From Malacoraja senta (lineage: Eukaryota), in the NCBI GenBank assembly GCA_038087875.1, contig JAXLNO010000548.1:62001-126000 (forward strand): a stretch of 64,000 bases of DNA, in the 5' to 3' direction. The position numbers were made by a program, and so were the translations under genes. The notes under the pieces are model-generated. The model did no database searches and was not told where the DNA came from. It saw only the letters and a program-made list of their open reading frames with translations. Numbering within the stretch: position 1 is the stretch's first letter; each line of letters starts with the position of its first letter. Below, piece by piece: positions 24,845-36,165 of the stretch.

Positions 24845-25690
24845 GAGATGAGCAAGATTTTCAATGAGTATTTCTCCCCTGTTTTTACTGTGGAGAAAGA
24901 TTTGAAGATGAGGGAGCTTGCAACAGGAAATGGAGATGTCTGGAGGACAGTCCGTGTTATGGCCGATGATGTGCTGGACATCCTAAGACATATGAAAGTA
25001 GATAATTCACCCAGACCTGATCAGATATATCAGAGGACACTGTGGGGAGCTAGAGAAAAAATTGCAAGCGCCCTGACTGAGAGATATGAATCATTGTTAG
25101 AAGGACTACAGGGCATAGCCTAGAAACTATAAATCAGTGGGCCTACAATCTGCAGTAGAGAAGTTACTGGACAGGATTCTGAGAGATAGGGTAAATATGC
25201 ATTTGTAGAGACAGGGGCTGGTCAGTGTGGTTTTGTACGTGGGAGATCATGCATCGCCAATCTGGTAGTTTTTGGAAAAAGTAACCAAGAAGGTTGATGA
25301 TGATAAGGTCATAGACATTGTACATATGGTCTTTAGCAAGGCCTTTGATAAGTTTCTGCATGGTAGGCTGCTCTGGATGATTAGAGCTCATGGAATTCAG
25401 GGAGAACTAGCTGCCTAAACAAAGAATTACGTTCATGGAAGCATAGGGTGATAGTGGAAGTGCTTTTCACACTGGAGGCCTGTGACTAGAGGTGTCCCTC
25501 AGGGATCAGTGCTGGGCCCATTGCTGATTGTGGTTTATATAAGCAACTTAGATGAAAATGTGCGGCATGATTAGAAACTTTGCAGATGACATTGACCTAG
25601 TTGGTATCATAAACAGTGAACATAGTTATCAAAAATTACAGCTGGATCGTGATCAGTGAGACAAGTGGGCTGAAGAATGGTTAATGGAGC
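24845..25690 (+). mobile_element. CR1 LINE ORF2 fragment
   Basis: FNEYFSPVFT..KVDNSPRPDQIY..LWGARE, then RT-region homology. Confidence 0.85.
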
Positions 25691-26200
25691 TTCCAGGCCT
25701 GACCTACTGACACTGTTGATCATGCCACCATCGGCCCACAAAGCTTCCAGGCCATGTTTGCCGCCAACCTTTACCTGTACTCTAGCCACTCGTGGGCCCA
25801 TTGACTCCGCCGATCCTCGCCTCTTCACCGGCCACCAGTCGGCCAAAGACATCAACACATGGTTTGCAGGCCCCTTTTCCGGCCTTGGGCCTCTACGCTG
25901 CTGGCCCCGACAATATACAGTAAAGCTCTCCGGGGTCCTTCCCCCCCGACTTCCTTCTGATACAGAACAGTCAGTCTTCAACTGAGGCCTTATCTTTGTA
26001 TCCCTACGCCCCCACCTCAACAAATTCAGGGCTCACCATGATGTAGAGATCTTCTTCAGTTGCCTCCGCCTCCAAGCCTTTTTCTACGGGAAGGAGTCCT
26101 CACCTCCTGGTGAAAACACAGTCCTCCTTATCCTACAAACCCCATCCTCTTTGACCCCCTGTGCCAGCCTTCTACCCTCTCCCGACCTGTTTATTTCGAA
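25690..26200 (+). mobile_element. Penelope-like ORF N-terminal fragment inserted after a CR1 fragment
   Basis: Degenerate LPSDTEQSVFN.GLIFVSLRPHLNKFRAHHDVEIFFSCLRLQAFF, matching the PLE N-terminal (L)S.GL.F.P..RL...F pattern. Confidence 0.6.
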
Positions 26201-28069
26201 CTGCTGGCATGACATATCTCTAAACCAAACTCAATTATGAACAAATGGTGATTCATTTCTAAGTCAGGATGGATCCCAGGTCAGGTTCCCACACATCTGC
26301 TGACCTTGTTGTTCTTGTGCTTGAGATGTTGAGTTTGGAATGTTCTGATGGACTAGATGACACGTATCTGCAGTGTGTTTTGTCACTGGTTGAAGCTTGT
26401 GGTGCAGTGAATAAATGAGGAAATGAAATTGAGCATTGTGCAATCAACAACAGACAATCACTTTTGACTTTATAATGGAAGGAAGGTCACTAAAGTACCA
26501 GATCTTGATTATTGAGTACTCCACATCTTCCAGGCACCTAACATTGATTTACCTTGATTGGGTTACTTGGATCTGCATAAGGAATGGGAACAGCTTCAAA
26601 CAATCTACTTGATTGTTGTTAATTAATTTTATTAATAATATCATAGAGTCATAGAGTGATACAGTTTGGAAACAGGTCCTTCGGCCCAACTCGCCCACAC
26701 CGGCCAACAATGTCCCAGCTACACTGGTCCCACTTGCCTGCGATTGTCTAACTGTTTCTTAAAGGATAGGATAGTCCCAGCCTCAACTACCTCCTCTGGC
26801 AGCTTGTTCCATACACCCACCAGCCTTTGTGTGAAAATGTTGACCCTCGGATTCCTATTAAATCTTTTTCCCCTTCACCTTGAACCTATGTCCTCTGGTC
26901 CTCGATTCCCCTACTCTGGGCAAAGTCTCTGTGCATCGAATAACAGTTGATTGCGTTATCATTTCAATGTGTGCTGATCTTTCAGGAAACTTTCCAAGTC
27001 AATCCATGTTCACCACACTCATAGTCACTTTGAGGTAACATTGGCAGGGCAGGTTGTCCCTTATGGTAATCTTGATAAGGAATGTCTGGCCAAGTGTACA
27101 ATGGCCAATTAATTCATGAAATCAGATTCAAGTTGGGGTTGTGGACCAGTGTCTGTTCCATGCAAGAATAATCCTGATATTATGAACTTTACACTAATAC
27201 CAAACATTGTGGGCTAAACCCTGCAGCTCCAAACCGGTGCTGCCACCAAAGCAATAGGTTATCAGGTCAAGTTAAATCTCTACATTGTTTATAACTTTGG
27301 AGTTTTGATTTATGCAAAATGTTAGTGGAAATCAATACAAATTGTGTATTGTCTCAATGTAATCTATATTTCCTGTAGTCTTGTACTAAAGTATGATTGT
27401 CCTTGTGTATTGTAAATGTTTGACAGAACTGTAGGCAAAAAGTAATTTCACTGAACCCAGGTATATGTGACAATAAAGTACCATTGAACCATTGAATCAA
27501 TGCACCCACTGTCACTTGAATACATAAGCAGGTTATAGACAAGAATTATTTTAAAATTCATTTGCCCAGGTTTATGCACAGGTATGAAGTATTAATAGTC
27601 TCAGTTCAGTTTAGTTTATTGTGAAATAGTGAAAGCTGTTTACAGTGAAAAGCTTTTGTTGTGTGCTAACCAGTCAGCAGAAAGTCAATACATGATTGTA
27701 ATCGATCTGAAGATAGACACATAAAGCTGGAGTAACTCAGCAGGACAGGCAGCATCTCTGGAGAGAAGGAATGGGTGACGTTTCAGGTTGAGACTTTCTT
27801 CAATTCTTCTCTCCAGAGATGCTGCCTGCCCCGCTGATTTACTCCAGCTTTTTTATGACTATCTTCTGTTTAAACCAGTATCTGCAGTTCCTTCGTACAC
27901 ATTACAATCGATCCATTTACAATGTATCACAGCAACTGGAGAAAGAATCTCATCCTTTAATCCCATTTTTTCTCTCAGTCCAACACACTGAACACAATGG
28001 AAATTAGCTGACTGACCGGAGATGTGTTCTCCATGACTTTGCACAACTCAAGCTGTGGAAGCTCTACAG

Positions 28070-29280
28070 AGCTGTAGATGTTGTGTACATGGATTTCAGA
28101 AAGGTATTCGAAAAGGCTCCGCATGGTAGGCTGCTCTGGAAGATTTGATCACATGAGATCCAAGGAGAGATAGTTGAATGGATAGCAAATGGCTCCATGG
28201 AAGGAAGCAGAGGGTGATGGTGGAAGGTTGCTTCACTGATTGGAGGCGTGTGACTAGTGGTGTGACTCAGGGTTCGGTGCTGGGCCCGTTACCGTTTGTC
28301 ATCTACATAATTGATTTGGATGATTTTATATGGGGCAAGATTAGCAAGGTTGCTGATGATACAAAAGGGAGTGGTTTTGCAGATAGTGAAGATGGTTGTG
28401 AACGGTTGCAGGTAGACAATGGTTGTGAACGATTGCAGCAGGATCTGGATCGATTGGCCAGTGGGCCGAGGAATGGTTGATGGAATTTAATACAGAGAAG
28501 TGTGAGGTGTTGCTTTTTGGGACGTCTAACACAGTAAATGGTCGGTCTCTGGGGAGTGTTGAGAGGAGAGGGATCTAGGAGTACAAGTGCAAGGTTCCTT
28601 AAAGGTCGAGTCATAGGTAGATAAGGTGGTCAAAAAGGCTTTTGGCACATTGGCCTTCATCAGTCAGAATAATGAGTACAGAAGTTGGGAGGTCATGTTG
28701 CAGTTGTATAAGATGTTGGTGAGACCGCATTTAGAATATTGTGTTCAGTTCTGGGCACCATGTTATAGGAAAGATATTGTCAAGCTTGAAACTGGTCAGA
28801 AAAGATTTACAAGGATGTTGCCAGGACTAGAGGGTGTGAGTTATAGGGAGAGGTTGAGTAGGCTGGGTCTCTATTCCTTGGAGCGCAGGAGGATGAGGGG
28901 TGATCTTGTAAGAGGTATACAATACCATCAGAGGAATAGTTCGGGTAGATGCACAGAGTCTTTTGCCCAGAGTAGGGGAATCGAGGACCAGATGACATAG
29001 TTTCAAGGTCAATGGGATAAGATTTAATAGGAATCCGAAGGGTAACGTTTTCACACAAAGTGTGGTGGGTGTATGGAACAAGCTCCCAGAGGAGGTAATT
29101 GAGGCTGGGACAATCCCCTCGTTTAAGAAACAGTTAGACATGTACATGGATATGACAGGTTTGGAGGGATATGGACCAAAGGCAGGCAGGTGGGACTAGT
29201 GTAGCTGGGACATGTTGCCCAGTGTGGACAAGTTGGGCTGAAGGGCCTGTTCCCAAACTGTATCACTCTATGACTCCATA
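28070..29280 (+). mobile_element. CR1 LINE 3' portion (RT + 3' UTR)
   Basis: VTSGVTQGSVLGP, KVADDTK, LVRPHLEYCVQFWAP, and tail GGGCCTGTT..CTGTATCACTCTATGACT. Confidence 0.9.
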
Positions 29281-29827
29281 ACTAAAAGTCATGGAAGGAA
29301 GGAGATAATTTTCATTGGAGATGGGTTGTATGATGTGAAAGTGTTCATCGAATGTAAAATTTCTGTTTGCATTCGACTAGGTCAGTTTATCTTGGCATTA
29401 CATTCGGCATATACATTGTGGGCCAAAGGGTGAGTTCCTGACCTGTAATATTCTGTATCTGATAGTCTACAAATCACACATTCACCCTGCCTCTGTTCCT
29501 GTACCTCTTCTGACTGATCTGTTGGGCTGAGACTCCAACCCCAACCTCTTACACAATGTGAGATTTGTGGAATGACAAATACATTTCCATCACTTAGTGA
29601 CTGGAGCACCTCGGGCACTGGGCCAAGTGTTTGCTGATAAACTGTCCACTATTGCCTAGGTTCTTGAGTGAACAAGGCACTCTTTCAATACCTTCTCAAA
29701 TATCTAAAAGATCAAGTAACAGGGTGGAATGTAATTAATTCAATTTGGTTCATATTTATGTTATAAAATTAGATATGATAAATATAGATTAATTGCATAA
29801 ATGTATCTGTCATTGATAAACTTGATC

Positions 29828-29990
29828 TGTTCACACCATTTTGAATCACATGCCCCGTTCAAAAATTCCTCCATTCACACCATTCTGAATCACATACCCC
29901 ATTCAAAAATGCCCCCACCAACACCATTCTGAAGCTTATACCCATTCAAAAAATTATCCATTCACACAATACTGATTCACATACCAAATG
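29828..29990. repeat. Degenerate minisatellite, 4 x ~44 bp
   Basis: TCACACCATT(T/C)TGAATCACAT..CC..TTCAAAAA recurs at 29831, 29875, 29919 and 29962. Confidence 0.8.
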
Positions 29991-31424
29991 TGTAGGAAGG
30001 AACTGCAGATGCCAGTTTACACGGGAGACAGACACAAAATGCTGGAGTAACTCACAGGCAGCATCTCTAGAGAGAAGGAATGGGTGACATTGTGGGTCGA
30101 GACCCTACTTCAGACCAAGATGTGTTAAGATCCAATAGACTACTTTTAAATTCTGTGCATTCACATTTCCATCCAAATCCCACTGACTCACATTTCAGTC
30201 AACATCTCCATTCTCATTGACATGCGATTTACACATAGGCCAGGATGATTTTTTCCCCAAAGGATCTCAACCCAAAACATCACCCATTCCTTCTATCCAG
30301 AGCTGCTGCCTGTGCCTCTGAGTTACTACAACATTTTGTGTCTATCTTCAGCTTAAACCAGCATCTGCAGTTCCTTTGTTTACATTAAGAATTCCTTGGA
30401 CTTGTTTAGCATGGTTTGAACTCATTGTTTGAAAGCAGAATTCATTAACATTGTCCAATAGGGAGTGTGAGTATTTCTTGAAGTAAATGCCACAATTTGT
30501 TTGCTTTTCCTTGTGAAAGGCTGTGCTTGGTATTGGGTTTCCTGAATTCAACTGTAATCAATATCAGACTGACAGACAAAAAGCCTTGATCTCACCATTA
30601 ACTATAGAGTAGCATGCAGTCTAGTTCAGGCTAGGCTGTGATGTCTCCCAGTAAATGGAAATAGCTCTCAAACATACCATGTGCAAACTGATCCTCAAAG
30701 TTCGGTCGTGTGAGAAAGGTATTGTAGAGAGTGTGTCTACTTACAGCTAAAGCAGAACAAGAGGTCAGTGCACTTGTATCAGAGAAATTGATTAAAACAT
30801 TTTTAAATAACCTACGCCTTTCCAGAGAATGCCATCTTGTAACAAAAGGCCTGTTATCAATAGATTATGAGAGGTGGCTGTTGATTGAATTGAATTGAAT
30901 ACTTTATTGTCACATGTGACAAGTCTCAGTGACATTCTTTGCTTGCACACACAAGGTATGGAAATATTTGCTCATAAAGGGCGTTTACAAAGTTACAAAT
31001 CTCCGTCCCCCACGCCGGGTCCTCCTTTGCTCCTTCCCTCAGCAGCGGCGTCCTCAATTCCACGAGTCCGTTCTCGTCCATTGGTCGGCGCCATCATCGA
31101 CCGCCACACCGGCCTTTTCATTAACGCTGCCGGGTCCTCTCCGGACACCTTTGTGGCACTGACCCAAGCCCCCGCTGCGGGCTCCATCCACCCAGGCAAG
31201 AAGTAACTGTGAGTTGTGTGCAAAACATTTTTTTCATGCGGTGTCAGCCACAGCATATCTCCATTCTCAGTCAGAGAGCCACGGGTCAATATCCCACCAA
31301 AGAAACACCAGTGGAATCTAGTGCTATACGGGACGTTCTGCAGAGTTTGTGATGCAATTTTACAACCACATGTTAAAACAAAATACTACCAGGCCGGCAC
31401 AATGGCACAACTGGCAGAGCTGCT

Positions 31425-31985
31425 CCCTCAGTGCTAGAGAATATTGTGAGCAATTTTGGGCACTATATCTGAGAAAGGATGTCCTGGCTCTGGAGAGGGT
31501 CCAGAGGAGGTTTACAACAATGATCCCAGAAATGAGTAGATTAACCTATCATGAACATTTGTTAGCACTGGGTCTGTACTCTCTGGAGTTTAGAAGAATG
31601 AGGGGGGACCTCATTAAAACCTACAGAATAGTGAATGGTTTGGATAGAGTGGATGTGGAGAGGATGTATCCACTAGTGAGAGAGTCTAGGACTGGAGGCC
31701 ATAGCCTCAGATTTAAAGGACGTTCTTTTAGGAAGATGAGGAGAAATTTCTTAAGGCAGAGGGTGGCAAATCCATGGAATTTGTTGCCACAGAAGGCTGT
31801 GGAGGCCGTCTGGATATTTTTAAGTCGAAGATAGATAGATTCTTGATTGGTACAAGTGTCCGAGGTTATGGGGAGAAGGCAGGAGAATTGGGGTGAGGAG
31901 GGAGAGATAGATCAGTAATGATTGAATGGTGGAGTGAACTAGATGGGCTGAATGGCCTAATTCTACACCCATTCCTTATGACCTG
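31425..31985 (+). mobile_element. CR1 LINE 3' fragment
   Basis: EYCEQFWALYLRKDVLALERVQRRFT..LGLYSLEFRRMRGDLI. Confidence 0.85.
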
Positions 31986-33829
31986 GCCTTGATCCTGCCC
32001 TCAAGTACTGTCCGTGTGGAGTTTGCACCTTCCCCCTGTGACTGCGCTGGCTACCTCCAGGTGGTCCAGCTTCCTCGTACACCACATGCTGGCTTGTTGC
32101 TTAATTGGCCTCCGTGAAGTCAAAATGTGATGCATAAATGTGATAACTCTGAACTGGTGTGAACGGATGGTCAATGACTGGTGTGGATTCGGTGGGCTGA
32201 ATGGCCTGATATATATTTCAGCCCTCTAAAAAATAATCCCAAAACGTTATTTAAGGAATACAGGTTAATCCCAGAATCCTCATTGATATTTATCTTGCAG
32301 TTGATACCACCGAAGAACACAGATCATCTGTCGCTCATCACATTTCCCTTTGAATGAAAATTGAAAGCAGTGTTTGAGAGTGTCAGCGGTGAGGACAGGT
32401 TGGACAAACTTAGATCATTTGCTCTTGTGGAGTTGGAATATGAGGTGGGTGGGGGACACCTGATGGAAGTATATATAATTATGAGAGACACAGAGTAGAG
32501 AGGAGTAAATCTTAAATGATTTTTTACACAGAGAGTGGTGGGTGCTTGGAGCATGCTGTCAGAGGAAGTAGTGGAAACAGATATGATAGCAATGTTTAAA
32601 GGCATTTAAACAGGCATGTATGTGGTACTGCTCTATGTTTTATGTTAACTAATAAATTGATTTTGACTGTCGCGCCACACAGTGGCTCTTTTATTTTTTA
32701 TTTTTATTATTATCTTGTTTATCTATTTATACTCTGTTTATGGGCCTGTTAGGCTGCTGCATGTAATAATGTAATTGTTCTGTTGTTGGAACATTTAATT
32801 AGACATTTCATTAAAGAAGCTTTCTCTTGTCTCTCTTGGGTCGTGACATGTGAACAGAGAGGAAATGAAGGGGTGTGTGGAAAGGAACAGCAGATGCCGG
32901 TTTAAACCAAAGGTAGACACAAAAATCTTGAGTAACTCAGCGGGAAAGGCAGCATCTCAGGAGAGAAGGACTGGGTGATGTTTTGGATCGATGCCCTTCT
33001 TCAGTCTGGATAGACAATGTGCAGGAAGATGGGATTAGTTTGTAAAGGCAACATAGCCAGCACAGACGTTGTGATGCTAGGGCTTATCCCTGTGTGATCC
33101 TGCTCAATGTTCTCTGTTTATTCATTCAATAGTGTTTACATTTCAAGAAATACTCAGTGGTTCTAAATGTTTTTAAAATGTTGTGAAAGGTTTTACAAGA
33201 ATGAATCTATATATTTTACTTTTTTCTCCGTTTTTCATATTCTGATTTACATTGTAAAGAATCTCATTGTGTACGCACACAGAAACCAACCAAACAGTAT
33301 CATACTTCAAGGCCAGAGTTTATGTTGCACTTGAACCTGCAAACACCCTTGTTGGTATAACTTTATCAGTGTAACCATCTGTTGGCTTGTTACTTATTTG
33401 TTTATCGAAGCAGCTTGCTGTTAAATAAAGGTGATATATTTACCACAGCTTCTCACTATGTAGCAGATCTCCCCCCTTGTCAATCTTTTCCGAGAGTCTC
33501 CCTTCTTTATCTCTTTCCTTTGCTGCTACATTTTCCTTGATCTCCATTCCCTTTGTCCTGTTTTCACATCTTACAGGTCCTTATCTATACACTTCCTTAT
33601 CTATCGACCTCCCATTCCCCTGACATCAGCCTGAAGAAAGGTCTCGACCCAAAATGTCACCCATTCCTTCTCTTCAGAAATGCTGCCTGTCCCGACGAGT
33701 TACTCCAGCATGTTGTGTCTATGTTCTGATTGGATCTCTTGTTGTTTCCTTGCATTCTTATTTTGATTGTCATTAAAGTTGTTGGCGTTGCCTGTACTGG
33801 ATCCCACCCCTGGCCCAAGACAAGCAACA

Positions 33830-34330
33830 AGACACAATGACATAAAAGTTAACATAAACATCCACCACGGCAGATTCCCACATTACTCACTGTGATGGAA
33901 GGCAAAAAAGTCCAATCTTCTTTCTTTTTATTCTCCCGCGGTCGGGGCAGTTGAAGCACCTGTGTCAGGGCGATAGAAGCTCCTGTGTTGGGGTGGTCAA
34001 AGCACCTGCGGCTTGGAGCTCCCGAGGTCGGTCTCTGACCAGAGACCGCGAGCTCCGTGATGTTAAGTCCGCAAGCACCCACAGTTGGAGCTCCGAGGTC
34101 GATCCCTGGCAAAGAGATTGTGAGCTGCGTGATGGTAACTCCGCAGGCTCCCGTGGTGGAGCTGTCAAAAGTCGGCCTCCACCAAAGGACGGCAACTCCT
34201 GGATGTTAGGCTGCAGTGCGGACCGAGATACGATACAGAAAAAAATCGCATCTCCATCGAGGTAAGATATTAGAAAAGGTTTCCCCCAACCCCACACCCC
34301 ACCCCACGTAAAACAAGCTAAAGAACACTA
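33830..34330 (-). mobile_element. CpG-rich non-autonomous retroelement-like repeat
   Basis: Shares the TTGCCTTCCATCACAG..TGGATG..TGT block with 44870-44940. Confidence 0.55.
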
Positions 34331-34509
34331 AAAACATACATTTAACACATGGGTCAGCATCCTTGTTCTGCATAGGAGCCAGGACCCATGTCTGTGAGTG
34401 GATGGAGGGCCACATCTGTCACCATAGTTAATAATTAATTAATTATAGTTTTAAAAAATCGTAACAAAAAGACAATTACCCCCGGGACAAATACGACTAA
34501 AGTGCAACA

Positions 34510-34745
34510 CTGTGGCCGGAGCGGAATTGCTCACCGACCTCGCTGATGCTTTGTTTTCCTCCAGCCCGTCCACCGCTGGGCTCCCGAAGAAACCGCTCCA
34601 GCACAGCGTTGTCGAAGTCGCTCTCATCCCGCTGCAGTTTCACACAAGCCGCAGCACCGAGGTGGGGGGGGGGGGGGCGCTTTCACTTCGGGTGGTCGGG
34701 AGGATGGAAGAGGGGGTGGAAGGGTAGGGACGGGGAGAAAGATTT
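34510..34745 (-). promoter_or_regulatory. CpG-rich promoter-like segment with an ISRE/IRF motif and a downstream 5' splice site
   Basis: GCTTTCACTTCG (34679-34690) and AGTTTCAC (34636-34643) on plus; G|GTGAGC donor at 34534 on minus; locally high CpG. Confidence 0.35.
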
Positions 34746-34746
34746 A

Positions 34747-35062
34747 AGGGCCTGTCCCACTGTACGAGGTAATTCAAGAGCTCTCCCGAGTTTTAAAAAA
34801 ATCAAACTCGTGGTAAGTACGTAGAATGTACGTAGCGGGTACGTCGGAGCTCGGGACGTCTCTTAGTGGCTCGTAATGCTAACGGCATGTACTCAGGAAA
34901 CGCGGTAAGCTCGTGAAGACTCGTGAAGATTTTTAAACGTGTTGAAAAATGTCCACGAGAGCCCCGAGTACCTACGAGCGGCTATTACTGTAATTCTCCG
35001 AGTTCGAATCATGGGAAACTCGGGAGAACTCTTGAATTAGCTCGTACAGTGGGACAGGCCCT
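34747..35062. mobile_element. MITE, PIF/Harbinger-like (copy 2)
   Basis: TIR AGGGCCTGTCCCACTGTACGAG at both ends, TTA/TGA flanks, 316 bp. Confidence 0.8.
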
Positions 35063-35093
35063 TGAGTCGACAGGTATTGTGATATGGAATTGG

Positions 35094-35094
<1 letters not shown>

Positions 35095-35126
<32 letters not shown>
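35095..35126. repeat. (TG)n microsatellite
   Basis: Uninterrupted TG run. Confidence 0.95.
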
Positions 35127-35128
<2 letters not shown>

Positions 35129-35838
35129 AACTACTCTCGGATAAGTGTTGTGTGTGTTTTGTGTTACGCCTGCGTGCCGGATGATTTCGAGTTACAGACC
35201 GGATCTGGGCCGTAGGTTGCCAACCCCTGATTTAACACAAACTGTTAAAACACAAAGAAGGAAGGGACAGACAGACTGTTGGCGAGACAGCCATTGCTGG
35301 TGCCACCCAGTGGTTGGGTTGGTTAGTTAGTTTGCAGGCGCCACCAACATTGATGGAGTTGCGAACAGTGAAGAAGGCTGCCCAAGTGTACAATGGGAAA
35401 TACATCAGATACAGAAATGGGCAGAAAATTGCAAATGGAGTTCATTTTGAGCAAGTATGTTACACTTTGAGTGGTCGAATGTAAAGGAAAAGTATACAGT
35501 TATTGGCAAGACCCTTAACAGCATTAATCTACAGAGAGATCTTGGGGTTGAATCTTGGGTTTCTAGAGACAGGAAGTCATAATACAGTTTTATAGGGCTG
35601 GGTAGTCCACATTTGGAGTATTATGTGTAGTTTTTGTTGACCCATTACATAAAGGATGTAGAGGCATTGGAAAGGGTGCAGAGGTTTACAAGAATGATGC
35701 CTCAACTAGGGTGTGTTGGCTACATGAAACATATGGACAGACATGGATTGCTTCCGCTACAATGCCGGAGTTTGATGGGACACCGGATAGAAGTACATAA
35801 AACTATGAGAGGTATAGATAGGATAGATAGTCAGAACA

Positions 35839-36165
35839 GGGGCAGTCACTGTGGCGCAGCGGTAGAGTTGCTGCTTTACAGCGCTTGCAGCGTGGGAGAC
35901 CCAGGTTCGATCCCGACCACGGGTGCTGTACGTGTGGAGTTTGTACGTTCTCTCCATGACAGCATGGGTTTTCTCCGAGATCTTCGGTTTCCTCCCACAC
36001 TCCAAAGATGTACAGGTATGTAGATTAATTGGCTTGGTGTATGTGTAAATCGTCCCGAGTGTGTGTAGGATAGTGCTAATGCCCAGGGATCACTAGTCGG
36101 TGCGGACTCGGTGGGCCGAAGGGCCTGTTTCCACGCTGTATCTCTAAACTAAAATAAACTAAACT
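35839..36165 (+). mobile_element. HE1/V-SINE-like SINE inserted in a CR1 fragment
   Basis: Near-consensus copy; CR1 homology continues on both sides. Confidence 0.88.

Noticed and set aside
31216-31437. Ig-C1-like peptide VREPRVNIPPKK..FCRV
   Set aside because: It lacks the GFYP motif, the conserved Trp and the second Cys spacing, and runs into a SINE head.
34535-34631. Minus-strand peptide DESDFDNAVLERFLRE resembling the MYRF/MYRFL N-terminus
   Set aside because: The similarity is only a short D..LE.F pattern, with no start codon, a weak acceptor and no other MYRF-like exons in the window.
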